A stretch of 64,000 nt of DNA, from assembly GCA_004431415.1 (NCBI GenBank), contig QPMI01000535.1, positions 492,026 to 556,025 of the forward strand, written 5' to 3'. The stretch comes from Cyanophora paradoxa CCMP329. Lineage: Eukaryota; Plantae; Glaucophyta. Below the pieces are notes generated by a model that was not told the DNA's origin, did no database searches, and saw only the letters and a list, made by a program, of their open reading frames with translations. The position numbers and the translations under genes are program-made. This document shows, piece after piece, positions 45,600-58,257 of this stretch. Within the stretch, counting starts at the first letter, position 1; every line of letters begins with the position of its first letter.

Positions 45600-47868
45600 A
45601 GCTATATAGGCCTGTCTATGTGTTGCCTGCAGCTGATTGTGTACTCGAACCTGAAGGTGGACTACCGTTATATTAAAAATTACAGTATGGACATATGCAT
45701 GGAGCTTTATATACATACTGCGCATGCCGCCTGCTCGTTTGCCCCAAGGCCGACATGTATGTTTGTAGTAGTGCTTTGATATTGAGTAGGAAAATATTGT
45801 ACATGTATACGTAAACATTGTACTTTTGATATTGAGTATACGTAGGAAAACGTTGTATACGTATCGCGTATTGCCTGATCATGTCTGGTGCAGTTTGTTT
45901 TTTATGATCTTGCAATTGGTGCAAATACGATCGCCTTGTGATCATGAATTGCGAATGATAATCAATGGATGCGAGCAAACAGTCCGGCAGCTGCAGTCCG
46001 GCGTGATGCATCAGACGCCGTGACGGTCGCCAATTCATGATTCCCCCTGATTTTCCGGTGCGGCCGCATTTCCGAAGCTTTAAGTTCCCGGAGTCCTTCC
46101 GAAGTCGGCCTTGGGGAAAGGAGAGGCCCTTAGGTCTGTGCATATCCTGTCTGTAAATTCAAAATGCGATTCAGGTGAAATTTTTTGGACCTAGGTACCC
46201 ATTTTCGACCCTACACGATGGCCGGGCTACTTTTCAAATGTGACCTCTAACAAGCACTAACAGGACGTACGAACGCATTATTTGTAGTATGTTCGCGTTT
46301 AGCTCGATTGCCATTGGCACAAAAAGTCAATTCACCTATATTAAGCGTGAATGTTATTGGTTCCAGCTTGCTTCCCCTTCGCCGATGGAAATTGCAAAAT
46401 TAAAGCCTCTAGATCTGTACGGTAGAGACTGTACCCGGCTGGGAGGCTGGAACCACTTGGCGCTTCGCAGGCGGAATCGCCGCGCGTACGTCGCTTCGCA
46501 ATCGATCGCGATCAACGATCGAGCGCTAGCGCTTTAGCTAGCGCTAGCAGCGCCCGGCGGCCGGCGCCGACGTCGCGATCGATATCGACGCCGGCGCCGG
46601 CCGCGCCAGGCGTTGCTATACGAAGAAGCCTAGCTATCGGCGTACGCGTATACGTATCTGCAAGCTAAGAGCTACTATAGCTAGTACTAGCTACAGGCGG
46701 CGTACTATGGTAGTCCTCTCAACAGTAACCGCGCGCGGTAACGCCGCGGTTGCGGGCCCCGGCCCCGTTTCAAAACAAAGAGCGGCCACCCTCACGCCTT
46801 GAAAGTTGAAACCCCGGCCCAAGCCTTGAAGACCCAAGTTAAGGCCACTCCTGTTCCGCACTGAATCCGCAGGGACTCGTGACTCGCTTGCTGGAATTCA
46901 CTTAATTGATCAATTTCGAATTCTGGATCCGGATTCCGGATCCACGTCCTGCAGCTGCAGCTGGGATCCGGATCATCGGTGATCATGATGCATGACATGA
47001 TGAATTGACAATTTGACATCGGATCATCGGATAACGCTCCGACCGTTCTGGCCGCGGTTACTAAGTGGCTAGTAGTAGCCTAGTACTAGACTACTACTAG
47101 TAGAGTACCCAGTAACTAGAATAGTACTGTAGGAGCCCCTCGGAGGCGGAAATTAAAATTGCCGAGTACGCTAGTAGCCTAGTAGTCGGTCTGATAAATA
47201 GTACTACCTGGTACGGGACAAGTCATGATCACGACTCACGAGACTCACGACTCACGAGTCACGAGCCTCGGAGTCACGCGATCCTCGGAGACTCACGACC
47301 GGACTTGCTTCAACTTCCTTCAAGAGTCGCTTGCCGACTTTCGAGCTGCCGTTTGCAAGTCGGTTCGAGAGCTGCATTTATCATACTCCTAAAAAAACAT
47401 GATTGCCAAATCATGCTGAACGGAAAATGATACATTAATAATGAACTTCAGGAAATGATTGCCGCGATCTTAGTGGGACGCAGAACGTACAATTTAATAG
47501 GTCCGGTGCTAGCTATATAGGCTACTTAGAACACCAAAAAAATAGAACACATAAACACGGCGCCCGCTTAATTGCCGCGGTCCCAATTTGGACTCCCAAA
47601 TAGTAATTACCGCGCCGAAGTCTTGCATTGACGCGGTAATTTGGTACCGCGCCGTAACCGCGCTGTTACCACGGTAATTCTCTCCTGCGAAGTTGCTCTA
47701 AATAGTACCCCCCAAAAGTACCGCCCCATACAAGCCTCAAACTTTAATAACGCGGTAATATGATTAATGCACTAATCAACGGTGTACAATGTACATAAAC
47801 AGTCTGAGGCTATCTCCGATACTACTAGGCTAGTACTGGAGTCCGAGAATTGGACTCCTATTACTAGT
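45600..47868. other. AT-richer non-coding region with probable transposon remnants
   Basis: No credible exons. Iterated TTACCGCG/CGCGGTAA, GACTCACGA and TAGTA motifs, plus hairpins. Confidence 0.45.
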
Positions 47869-48584
47869 AGAGCCTTCTCATCGCTCCGGCGATCGCTAGG
47901 CCCTGGTACCGAGTACTCCGGGGCGATCGCCAGCGCGAACCGTCGGACGACGGACGCGGCGCCGGCGATCGCTTGAAAAAGGCCCCGGCCAGATCCGAGC
48001 CCACGGCCGGCGGGCATAGTGAACATAGTGCCAAAATTTCGCTCCGAAAACACGCTTTTTAGAAGGATCGGAAGAAAGCGCGCCCAGGCAGGTCCGAGGG
48101 GCGGTTCCGGGACGTACCTACTGACTCAGAGCTGCTTGCGCTGGGCCCGCCGGGCGACGCCATGGTTGAGAGATCGAATCCCTGCGCGCCGCCTTACAGC
48201 GGCCGAGGAAGGGGCGACGGCTGCAGAATTCGATGATGTGAACCTCGGACAAGCGAAAGCGTGTAGCTAGCGCGCCGCCGGCGCCGCGGGTGAGCCGATG
48301 AAGCGAGCGATGTGTACTCCTCGCGTGCGCGGGCGCGGCGAAGTCGCCTGCGGGCGGGCGTGGCGCCGCGGGGCTGAGCACGGCGCGCGCGCTGCGAAGC
48401 GCTATGCGCGAGCTTTGCGCGAGCTTTGCGTCGACGTCGCGCGCCTCACTTTCGAAGGTCGGGGTACCCCCCGACTCATTCCCCCTAAACTTGGGGCTCG
48501 GTGGCTTAAAAGCGAAGGCTCTGGGGTACATCGACGAAATTTGACTTGCTCCACAAAATTGCAAGGCGCTCAAGAACTCTACGC

Positions 48585-51500
48585 TCACTGGAAGTTCAAC
48601 TGCGGCCCTACAAACTGCTTGCACCGCTCCACTAGCTCATCTAGTCTACCTGGGTCAGCAAACCGATCCTCCTCGGCCACTAGCGGCTTGCGGAACCATT
48701 CTTTCGCAACCGCAACAAATGGTGCGCAGTCCATTGGGCTGCGCTGGTGGTGCCCGGCGCATACCACCCGACCCCATCGAGGCGAGAAAAGAATCTCGAG
48801 CACGCGGTCAGCTCGGCATCTTGCCTTGAAGATGGAGCCAGCGGTCGTGTGGAAGGTCATATCATGCACAGGCTCCGAGAGCTGAAGGAGGGCCTGCACT
48901 AATGCAGCGGCGTGACTCTTGATGGTGACTCTGCTCGTGATATATATGAGCTCGAGGCAATCAGCAAGAGTGGTTACTGATATCCATGGACAGAAAAAAG
49001 GAAACCACAAGTAGAAAAAGGAAGAGGCGCACGGCCAGTGGTCCCACTCGAGATTGGTGAAGCCCCGGAGGATAACCATTGTTGCCTCCGGTGTTGTTCC
49101 CGGTACATCAAGCCGGTGCACTTGACTGGAGACGCTGCAGCGCGCGGCACCTTGCGTGGCCGTGCACTCCAGTGCACCGTCGTTTGGCGGTAGGCGAGCC
49201 AGCTTCTCGACGTACGCACGTGCTGCGGGGCTCGCTGCCCTCGCGTCCCGTATCGCGGTTGCGACCACGGCGATGCTCCCCCGTACCGATCTGGAGCCTC
49301 CTTCCTCCCGTGACATTGCAGGGAACCAGTGCAGTTTCGCCTTCAGGGTATTGCTCAGCGCGTTGAAGTATCGGTTCTCGGTGTTCGCCACGCTGCGACG
49401 CGCCCAAGTCAGAGCACGTTCAGCGGGAGAAGGGAAATAAGAAGGAAAAGAAACAAAGGAAAAGAAAGAAAAGAGAAGGGGGGTACGCGGACCGTCTGTA
49501 CAAGCAGGACAGGATGGGTGTCGGAATAGGCCGCTCAGGTGTGCCTAGCCATAGAGGCTTGTTTCGCCTCGTGTATGGCGGAGGCACATACGCCTCAACA
49601 TCGATGTCCGGCTGAGTTTCTCGTGAGCTTGAGCATTTGCGATAACCGTTGCTCGTACCTGTTGGACTTTCCGTGTAGTTCTCCTGTATGCCGTCGCGCC
49701 GAGTTCGTCCACCTCGGGGTACTCCTCTCCAGAGTCGTTGCCCCCATTCAGCATCCGGTGTGTTAGAACATCTGACTTGGAGCCCATCTGTTCCAGCACT
49801 GCAGCCACTTGCTTCAGAGCCTGAAAGCTGTTCTCCGCTGCGCGACCTGTACCGTATTTCTCCTGCACCGGAATTAGAGTTCAGTAACCCCTTCTGTGGC
49901 GTCGTCTTCGTACCCTCGCACGCACCGCCAGCTCTGGCTTCATGCGCAGCCGGGTGAAGAGCTCGTTCGCCGGCGCTTCGTGGTGGAGAACGGCAGGGTT
50001 TCCCATTGCCTCGTGGCACGCCTGTGGAGAACGGCAGGGTACGCGCATCAGCTCCACGTGTCGGGGGGGGGGGTACGCGTAGCGAAGGGGGAGGGGGGGT
50101 TGGAGGGGGGGGGGTAGTCGAACCTCCATTGGACTTGGCGCCTGTTCGGGAGCCGGGCCTGGGTCTTGACCTGCTTGCCGCGCGGCCTCCCACGCTGCTC
50201 GCGCCCGCCTTGCGTTGCCGTGCTCCTCGTCGTCTGGTTGGCAATTGTCGCCCACCGCCGAAAACGCGATTTGCGGACAAGGTCTGAGAAGATAATGCCG
50301 ACTGATATGCTGCTTGCCGGCCCTGCAAGAAGGCGAAGAAGCTCCTTGCCGCTCTTCCGAACAGCCTGCAGGACCTGCACATCGCTTGCAATCTTGCCGC
50401 CACGACCGACATCCTGTTGCCTCCGTACGCGTTGCACTTCCGAAGAAGCTTCTTCACCTCCGGGTACGACACGAGATCGTCCTGCGCCTTGCGCTTCCGC
50501 CCTTTCCCACGTGGCAACTCTTCCACCAACGCGGCCTCTGCAGCTGCTGCTGCAAGCTCCACACATGCATGAAGCCTGCGTCGCCATTGGTAAGAAAAAA
50601 AACTTTACCCCCCTCCGCCCCCCCCCCCCCCCGGATGCATACCACAGCTGGAGTGATTCGCCTTCCGTGTCTGCTGCTGTGCTGCGTGCACTGATTGAGC
50701 GAGACTGCGGAACTGGCCCTTCATTTCTTCCTTCGTGCCAAGGTACATTGCTTGCTGGCTGAGCCCGAGAGTCGCTTGCATACGCAGAAGGTTGATTTCA
50801 GACTGTCCGTTTGTGACCTAATATAAAATTAAGAACATGTTACGAAAAGACAGAGCATGAAAGCATCGTGCACCTCCATGAAAGCATTTGCAAGACCTTG
50901 TGCCCGTGCAGGCTCACGGTCAACTCAGCGTCTCCTGGCCGCAGGGCCAGAAGCTGTGTGAGCACAGCAGCAGCTGAGCGGATCTCGCATCATCAGGGGC
51001 TGCATCACATTTCGGTTTTCAAAATAGAATGCAGTGATTTGAAGGGACGTACTGTAGAAATCGAGTGATGAATTGCTCGATCGCCCGTAGAAGAACACCT
51101 CTATCCAGAGCGATAGGAACATCTTCGATTCAACAGCGTATGATCGTTTGTCATCGCTAGTACTTGTGTCATCCTTGCCCTCCTGAAAGTCCAGAGACAA
51201 GATGACCTGACCGGGCAGCAAGTAAGCAGAAGAAGCACGAGGCAAGCTGGCATGGACACGTGCCAGATCTATCTCTCGCAGTCGTCTCTCACGGATGTAG
51301 ATCTTGTTGGTATAGAAGCTCGTCACCCGGGCCTTTAGCCAGTCGTAGTGCCTGGCTCGAAGGTCCGTATCCACTGCAAACTCACCGTGCGCCCCTGGCA
51401 CGCCAAGGCCCAGAAATGCACACTGTGCCTGCAGTGAGTGCCGTGCTTCAACTGGCCAAGAAAGATAGATGCTTACGTCCATATCAATGAGCTCATCGAG

Positions 51501-52715
51501 TTGAGAAGAGCTTGAGGTATCTTCCTTGTCGCCAGCAGCTATATCAGCATCTGGATGAGGGTCGGGACCGGTGCGCTGAAGGCTTGGCGATTCGAGTGCG
51601 ACCTAAATGCAGTATCTCATGGCGAATCTCAAGCTAAAGAAGATCGAGGACGCACAGTGCTCATGAAGTGCTTCAGAGCATGGAGATCCTCCAGTGTCCG
51701 TGTCCGGTTCTTTGCTGGTTCACCTCGAAACTGCAACCGACAAGCGTTCGCCTGAGCTTGCCGAGCCGCTTCTGTCACCTGGAGAAGTTGGTCTTAGATT
51801 CCATTCGATCAATTCTTTGAGCTGCAGAGCACCTCATCAAGCCAATCAACACAACTCTGAAATTTGGGGCCTCGAAACGCTCACTTTGTGCCCACAAACA
51901 GGTTGCGCAGTGCACGCAAGCATCTGGCAGGGGGCAGGTCGACGATGATGTCCTCCACATAATGCACTTGGGGGTCCAGATCTGCAAACATGATAAGACA
52001 AAGAGGCGGCGTGCAGATTTCACAGAGAAACGCACAGATCTCGAAGGGTGCATGTGCTTGTCGCCTTCTGCAGCGCCACCAGCGTCGCCGCCCGCTGCGC
52101 CGTCCAGGGCGCCACCCGCCGCGCCGCCTCCCGTGCCGCCTCCCGCGCCGCCTCCCGCGCCGCCTCCCGCGCCGCGCACCGGGCCGGGGGAGGGGGAGGG
52201 ACAGGGCCGGGGGGGGGCGGGCCCGGGGGAGGGGCGGGGCCGGGGGAGGGACGGGCCCGGGGGAGGGGCGGGGCCGGGGGGAGGGGGGGGGCGGGGGGAG
52301 GGGCGGGCCGGGGGAGGGGCGGGCCCGGGGGGAGGGGCGGGCCGGGGGGAGGGGCGGGGCCGGGGGAGGGGGGGGGGCGGGGGAGGGGCGGGCCCGGGGG
52401 AGGGGCGGGCCCGGGGGGAGGGGCGGGCCCGGGGGAGGGGCGGGGCCGGGGGGAGGGACGGGCCCGGGGGGAGGGGCGGGCCCGGGGGGAGGGACGGGCC
52501 CGGGGGGAGGGGCGGGGCCGGGGGGAGGGGCGGGGCCCGGGGAGGGGGAGGGGCGGGACAAGCTCAAGGCCGGAGCCGCCCCCGAGGCCGCCCACGAGGC
52601 CACCACCCGCCGCGCGGCCCGCCAGAAGGGGGTTGGGAGATGAGCTGGAGGTCCACTCCATCTCTTCCTCCCAAAGAGTGTGCTCCTGGGGTCGACATGC
52701 TGCGCAGTCGGGCAT
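48585..52715 (-). CDS. Spliced orphan gene within the element (copy 1, disrupted by deletions)
   Basis: Exons can be joined across GT/GC-AG introns: (GPAPPP)n, Gly-rich stretch, APFEI|YLDPQVHYVEDIIVDLPP.., ARHYDWLKARVTSFYTNKIYI..VILSLDFQEG.., PDDGEIRSAAAVL.., RGKGRKRK (NLS-like), FRRWATIANQLIFKG.., ..ERCKQFVGPQLNFQ*. Start codon uncertain. Confidence 0.55.
52180..52560. repeat. ~18-bp G-rich minisatellite (also at ~57415-57770 and ~62635-62955)
   Basis: Repeats of CGGGGGGAGGG(G/A)CGGG(G/C)C that read as GP(A/V)PPP on the minus strand. Confidence 0.85.
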
Positions 52716-53046
52716 AAGACACCGAAAAGCAGCGATCGCTTGGCCAATGAGAAGGCGGTGGACGTCAAGCCCGCGGCGACCGTTAGAACTGAGAACCCAG
52801 AAGCGATCGCCGGCCCAGCAGCTCTTTGTTAGAGGTCGGACTCGCTGGGTATGGCGCCGAACACAAAGCGATCGCCGAGCAATGAGAAGGCTCTATGCGC
52901 GGGGCAGATCTAGCGATCCAATTGAATAGAGAATCTCTATGCGAGCAAGCTCGCAGCGCTACGGGAGGCGGGCACGCACTGCAGGCGTTGGCGTTGGCTG
53001 GTGCGACGAACTTGAAGCAGCTCCTGCGCAAGCGATCGCCGGTCAG

Positions 53047-56000
53047 AGAGCCTTCTCATCGCTCCGGCGATCGCTAGGCCCTGGTACCGAGTACTCCGGG
53101 GCGATCGCCAGCGCGAACCGTCGGACGACGGACGCGGCGCCGGCGATCGCTTGAAAAAGGCCCCGGCCAGATCCGAGCCCACGGCCGGCGGGCATAGTGA
53201 ACATAGTGCCAAAATTTCGCTCCGAAAACACGCTTTTTAGAAGGATCGGAAGAAAGCGCGCCCAGGCAGGTCCGAGGGGCGGTTCCGGGACGTACCTACT
53301 GACTCAGAGCTGCTTGCGCTGGGCCCGCCGGGCGACGCCATGGTTGAGAGATCGAATCCCTGCGCGCCGCCTTACAGCGGCCGAGGAAGGGGCGACGGCT
53401 GCAGAATTCGATGATGTGAACCTCGGACAAGCGAAAGCGTGTAGCTAGCGCGCCGCCGGCGCCGCGGGTGAGCCGATGAAGCGAGCGATGTGTACTCCTC
53501 GCGTGCGCGGGCGCGGCGAAGTCGCCTGCGGGGCGGGCGTGGCGCCGCGGGGCTGAGCACGGCGCGCGCGCTGCGAAGCGCTATGCGCGAGCTTTGCGCG
53601 AGCTTTGCGTCGACGCCGCGCGCCTCACTTTCGAAGGTCGGGGTACCCCCCCGACTCATTCCCCCCTAAACTTGGGGGCTCGGTGGCTTAAAAGCGAAGG
53701 CTCTGGGGTACATCGACGAAATTTGACTTGCTCCACAAAATTGCAAGGCGCTCAAGAACTCTACGCTCACTGGAAGTTCAACTGCGGCCCTACAAACTGC
53801 TTGCACCGCTCCACTAGCTCATCTAGTCTACCTGGGTCAGCAAACCGATCCTCCTCGGCCACTAGCGGCTTGCGGAACCATTCTTTCGCAACCGCAACAA
53901 ATGGTGCGCAGTCCATTGGGCTGCGCTGGTGGTGCCCGGCGCATACCACCCGACCCCATCGAGGCGAGAAAAGAATCTCGAGCACGCGGTCAGCTCGGCA
54001 TCTTGCTTGAAGATGGAGCCAGCGGTCGTGTGGAAAGGTCATATCATGCACAGGCTCCGAGAGCTGAAGGAGGGCCTGCACTAATGCAGCGGCGTGACTC
54101 TTGATGGTGACTCTGCTCGTGATATATATGAGCTCGAGGCAATCAGCAAGAGTGGTTACTGATATCCATGGACAGAAAAAAGGAACCACAAGTAGAAAAA
54201 GGAAGAGGCGCACGGCCAGTGGTCCCACTCGAGATTGGTGAAGCCCCGGAGGATAACCATGTTGCCTCCGGTGTTGTTCCCGGTACATCAAGCCGGTGCA
54301 CTTGACTGGAGACGCTGCAGCGCGCGGCACCTTGCGTGGCCGTGCACTCCAGTGCACCGTCGTTTGGCGGTAAGGCGAGCCAGCTTCTCGACGTACGCAC
54401 GTGCTGCGGGGCTCGCTGCCCTCGCGTCCCGTATCGCGGTTGCGACCACGGCGATGCTCCCCGTACGATCTGGAGCCTCCTTCCTCCGTGACAATTGCAG
54501 GGAACCAGTGCAGTTTCGCCTTCAGGGTATTGCTCAGCGCGTTGAAGTATCGGTTCTCGGTGTTCGCCACGCTTGCGACGCGCCCAAGTCAGAGCACGTT
54601 CAGCGGGAGAAGGGAAATAAGAAGGAAAAGAAACAAGGAAAAGAAAGAAAAGAGAAGGGGGGTACGCGACCGTCTGTACAAGCAGGACAGGATGGGTTGT
54701 CGAATAGGCGCTCAGGTGTGCCTAGCCATAGAGGCTTGTTTCGCCTCGTGTATGGCGGAGGCACATACGCCTCAACATCGATGTCCACATCGACCAATTG
54801 TCCCGCGCCGTTTGGCTGAGTTTCTCGTGAGCTTGAGCATTTGCGATAACCGTTGCTCGTACCTGTTGGACTTTCCGTGTAGTTCTCCTGTATGCCGTCG
54901 CGCCGAGTTCGTCCACCTCGGGGTACTCCTCTCCAGAGTCGTTGCCCCCATTCAGCATCCGGTGTGTTAGAACATCTGACTTGGAGCCCATCTGTTCCAG
55001 CACTGCAGCCACTTGCTTCAGAGCCTGAAGCTGTTCTCCGGCTGCGCGACCTGTAACCGTATTTCTCCTGCACCGGAATTAGAGTTTCAGTAACCCCTTC
55101 TGTGGCGTCGTCTTCGTACCCTCGCACGCACCGCCAGCTCTGGCTTCATGCGCAGCCGGGTGAAGAGCCTCGTTCGCCGGCGCTTCGTGGTGGAGAACGG
55201 CAGGGTTTCCCATTGCCTCGTGGCACGCCTGTGGAGAACGGCAGGGTACGCGCATCAGCTCCACGTGTCGGGGGGGGGGGGTACGCGTAGCGAAGGGGGA
55301 GGGGGGTTGGAGGGGGGGGTAGTCGAACCTCCATTGGACTTGGCGCCTGTTCGGGAGCCGGGCCTGGGTCTTGACCTGCTTGCGCGCGGCTCCACGCTGC
55401 TCGCGCCGCCTTGCGTTGCCGTGTCCTCGTCGTCGAATGCCTTGGCTAGATCTACAAGGCCTTTGAATATGAGCTGGTTGGCAATTGTCGCCCACGCCGA
55501 AAACGCGATTTGCGGACAAGGTCTGAGAAGATAATGCCGACTGATATGCTGCTTGCCGGCCCTGCAAGAAGGCGAAGAAGCTCCTTGCCGCTCTTCCGAA
55601 CAACCTGCAGGACCTGCACATCGCTTGCAATCTTGCCGCCACGACCGACATCCCTGTTGCCTCCGTACGCGTTGCACTTCGAAGAAGCTTCTTCACCTCC
55701 GGGTACGACACGAGATCGTCCTGCGCCTTGCGCTTCCGCCCTTTCCACGTGGCAACTCTTCCACCAACGCGGCCTCTGCAGCTGCTGCTGCAAGCTCCAC
55801 ACATGCATGAAGCCTGCGTCGCCATTGGTAAGAAAAAAACTTTACCCCCCTCCGCCCCCCCCCCCCCCCCCCGGATGCATACCACAGCTGGAGTGATTCG
55901 CCTTCCCGTGTCTGCTGCTGTGCTGCGTGCACTGATTGAGCGAGACTGCGGAACTGGCCCTTCATTTCTTCCTTCGTGCCAAGGTACATTGCTTGCTGGC

Positions 56001-58105
56001 TGAGCCCGAGAGTCGCTTGCATACGCAGAAGGTTGATTTCAGACTGTCCGTTTGTGACCTAATATAAAATTAAGAACATGTTACGAAAGACAGAGCATGA
56101 AAGCATCGTGCACCTCCATGAAAGCATTTGCAAGACCTTGTGCCCGTGCAGGCTCACGGTCCAACTCAGCGTCTCCTGGCCGCAGGGCCAGAAGCTGTGT
56201 GAGCACAGCAGCAGCTGAGCGGATCTCGCCATCATCAGGGGCTGCATCACATTTCGGTTTTCAAAATAGAATGCAGTGATTTGAAGGGGACGTACTGTAG
56301 AAATCGAGTGATGAATTGCTCGATCGCCCGTAGAAGAACACCTCTATCCAGAGCGATAGGAACATCTTCGATTCAACAGCGTATGATCGTTTGTCATCGC
56401 TAGTACTTGTGTCATCCTTGCCCTCCTGAAAGTCCAGAGACAAGATGACCTGACGGGCAGCAAGTAAGCAGAAGAAGCACGAGGCAAGCTGGCATGGACA
56501 CGTGCCAGATCTATCTCTCGCAGTCGTCTCTCACGGATGTAGATCTTGTTGGTATAGAAGCTCGTCACCGGGCCTTTAGCCAGTCGTAGTGCCTGGCTCG
56601 AAGGTCCGTATCCACTGCAAACTCACGTGCGCCCCTGGCACGCCAAGGCCAGAAATGCACACTGTGCCTGCAGTGAGTGCCGTGCTTCAACTGCCAAGAA
56701 AGATAGATGCTTACGTCCATATCAATGAGCTCATCGAGTTGAGAAGAGCTTGAGGTATCTTCCTTGTCGCCAGCAGCTATATCAGCATCTGGATGAGGGT
56801 CGGGACCGGTGCGCTGAAGGCTTGGCGATTCGAGTGCGACTAAATGCAGTATCTCATGGCGAATCTCAAGCTAAAGAAGATCGAGGACGCACAGTGCTCA
56901 TGAAGTGCTTCAGAGCATGGAGATCCTCCAGTGTCCGTGTCCGGTTCTTTGCTGGTTCACCTCGAAACTGCAACCGACAAGCGTTCGCCTGAGCTTGCCG
57001 AGCCGCTTCTGTCACCTGGAGAAGTTGGTCTTAGATTCCATTCGATCAATTCTTTGAGCTGCAGAGCACCTCATCAAGCCAATCAACACAACTCTGAAAT
57101 TTGGGGCCTCGAAACGCTCCTTTGTGCCCACAACAGGTTGCGCAGTGCACGCAAGCATCTGGCAGGGGGCAGGTCGACGATGATGTCCTCCACATAATGC
57201 ACTTGGGGGTCCAGATCTGCAAACATGATAAGACAAAGAGGCGGCGTGCAGATTTCACAGAGAAAACGCACAGATCTCGAAGGGTGCATGTGCTTGTCGC
57301 CTTCTGCCAGCGCCACCAGCGTCGCCGCCCGCTGCGCCGTCCAGGGCGCCACCCGCCGCGCCGCCTCCCGTGCCGCCTCCCGCGCCGCCTCCCGCGCCGC
57401 TCCCGCGCCGCGCACCGGGCCGGGGAGGGGGAGGGACAGGGCCGGGGGGGGGCGGGCCCGGGGGGAGGGGCGGGCCGGGGGGAGGGACGGCCCGGGGGGA
57501 GGGGCGGGGCCGGGGGGAGGGGGGGGGGCGGGGGAGGGGCGGGCCCGGGGGGAGGGGCGGGCCGGGGGAGGGGCGGGCCGGGGAGGGCGGGGGGGGGGGC
57601 GGGCGGGAGGGGCGGGCCGGGGGGAGGGGCGGGCCCGGGGGAGGGCGGCCCGGGGGGGGGCGGGGCGGGGAGGGACGGGCCCGGGGGAGGGCGGGCCGGG
57701 GGGAGGGACGGGCCCGGGGGAGGGGCGGGGCCGGGGGGAGGGGCGGGCCCGGGGAGGGGGAGGGCGGGGACAGCTCAAGGCCGGAGCCGCCCCGAGGCCG
57801 CCCACGAGGCCACCACCCGCCGCGCGGCCCGCCAGAAGGGGGTTGGGAGATGAGCTGGAGGTCCACTCCATCTCTTCCTCCCCAAAGAGTGTGCTCCTGG
57901 GGTCGACATGCTGCGCAGTCGGGCATAAGACACCGAAAAGCAGCGATCGCTTGGCCAATGAGAAGGCGGTGGACGTCAAGCCCGCGGCGACCGTTAGAAC
58001 TGAGAACCCAGAAGCGATCGCCGGCCCAGCAGCTCTTTGTTAGAGGTCGGACTCGCTGGGTATGGCGCCGAACACAAAGCGATCGCCGAGCAATGAGAAG
58101 GCTCT
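53047..58105. mobile_element. Inverted-repeat-bounded element, copy 2
   Basis: Same termini and interior as copy 1. Confidence 0.7.
53767..57926 (-). CDS. Spliced orphan gene, copy 2
   Basis: Same exons as copy 1, with many 1-bp indels that are likely sequencing errors. Confidence 0.5.
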
Positions 58106-58257
58106 ATGCGCGGGGCAGATCTAGCGATCCAATTGAATAGAGAATCTCTATGCGAGCAAGCTCGCAGCGCTACGGGAGGCGGGCACGCACTGCAGGCGTT
58201 GGCGTTGGCTGGTGCGACGAACTTGAAGCAGCTCCTGCGCAAGCGATCGCCGGTCAG

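Larger units (their letters stand above)
47869..52894. mobile_element. Inverted-repeat-bounded ~5.0-kb element, copy 1
   Basis: The left end AGAGCCTTCTCATCGCTCCGGCGATCGCT (47869-47897) and right end AGCGATCGCCGAGCAATGAGAAGGCTCT (52867-52894) are imperfect inverted repeats. The array's left boundary falls exactly at the left repeat. Confidence 0.7.

Noticed and set aside
39540-47760. CRISPR array among the short iterated motifs
   Set aside because: No constant repeat with unique, regular spacers, no cas genes, and a eukaryotic context.
48585-52715. Endogenous giant virus or Polinton-like virus
   Set aside because: No capsid, pPolB, packaging ATPase or integrase motif was recognised, and the unit has a single intron-rich gene.
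52730-53153. GCGATCGC equals cyanobacterial HIP1, implying a cyanobacterial origin of the element
   Set aside because: HIP1 is dispersed through cyanobacterial DNA. Here the motif clusters only at the ends, and the gene has spliceosomal introns.
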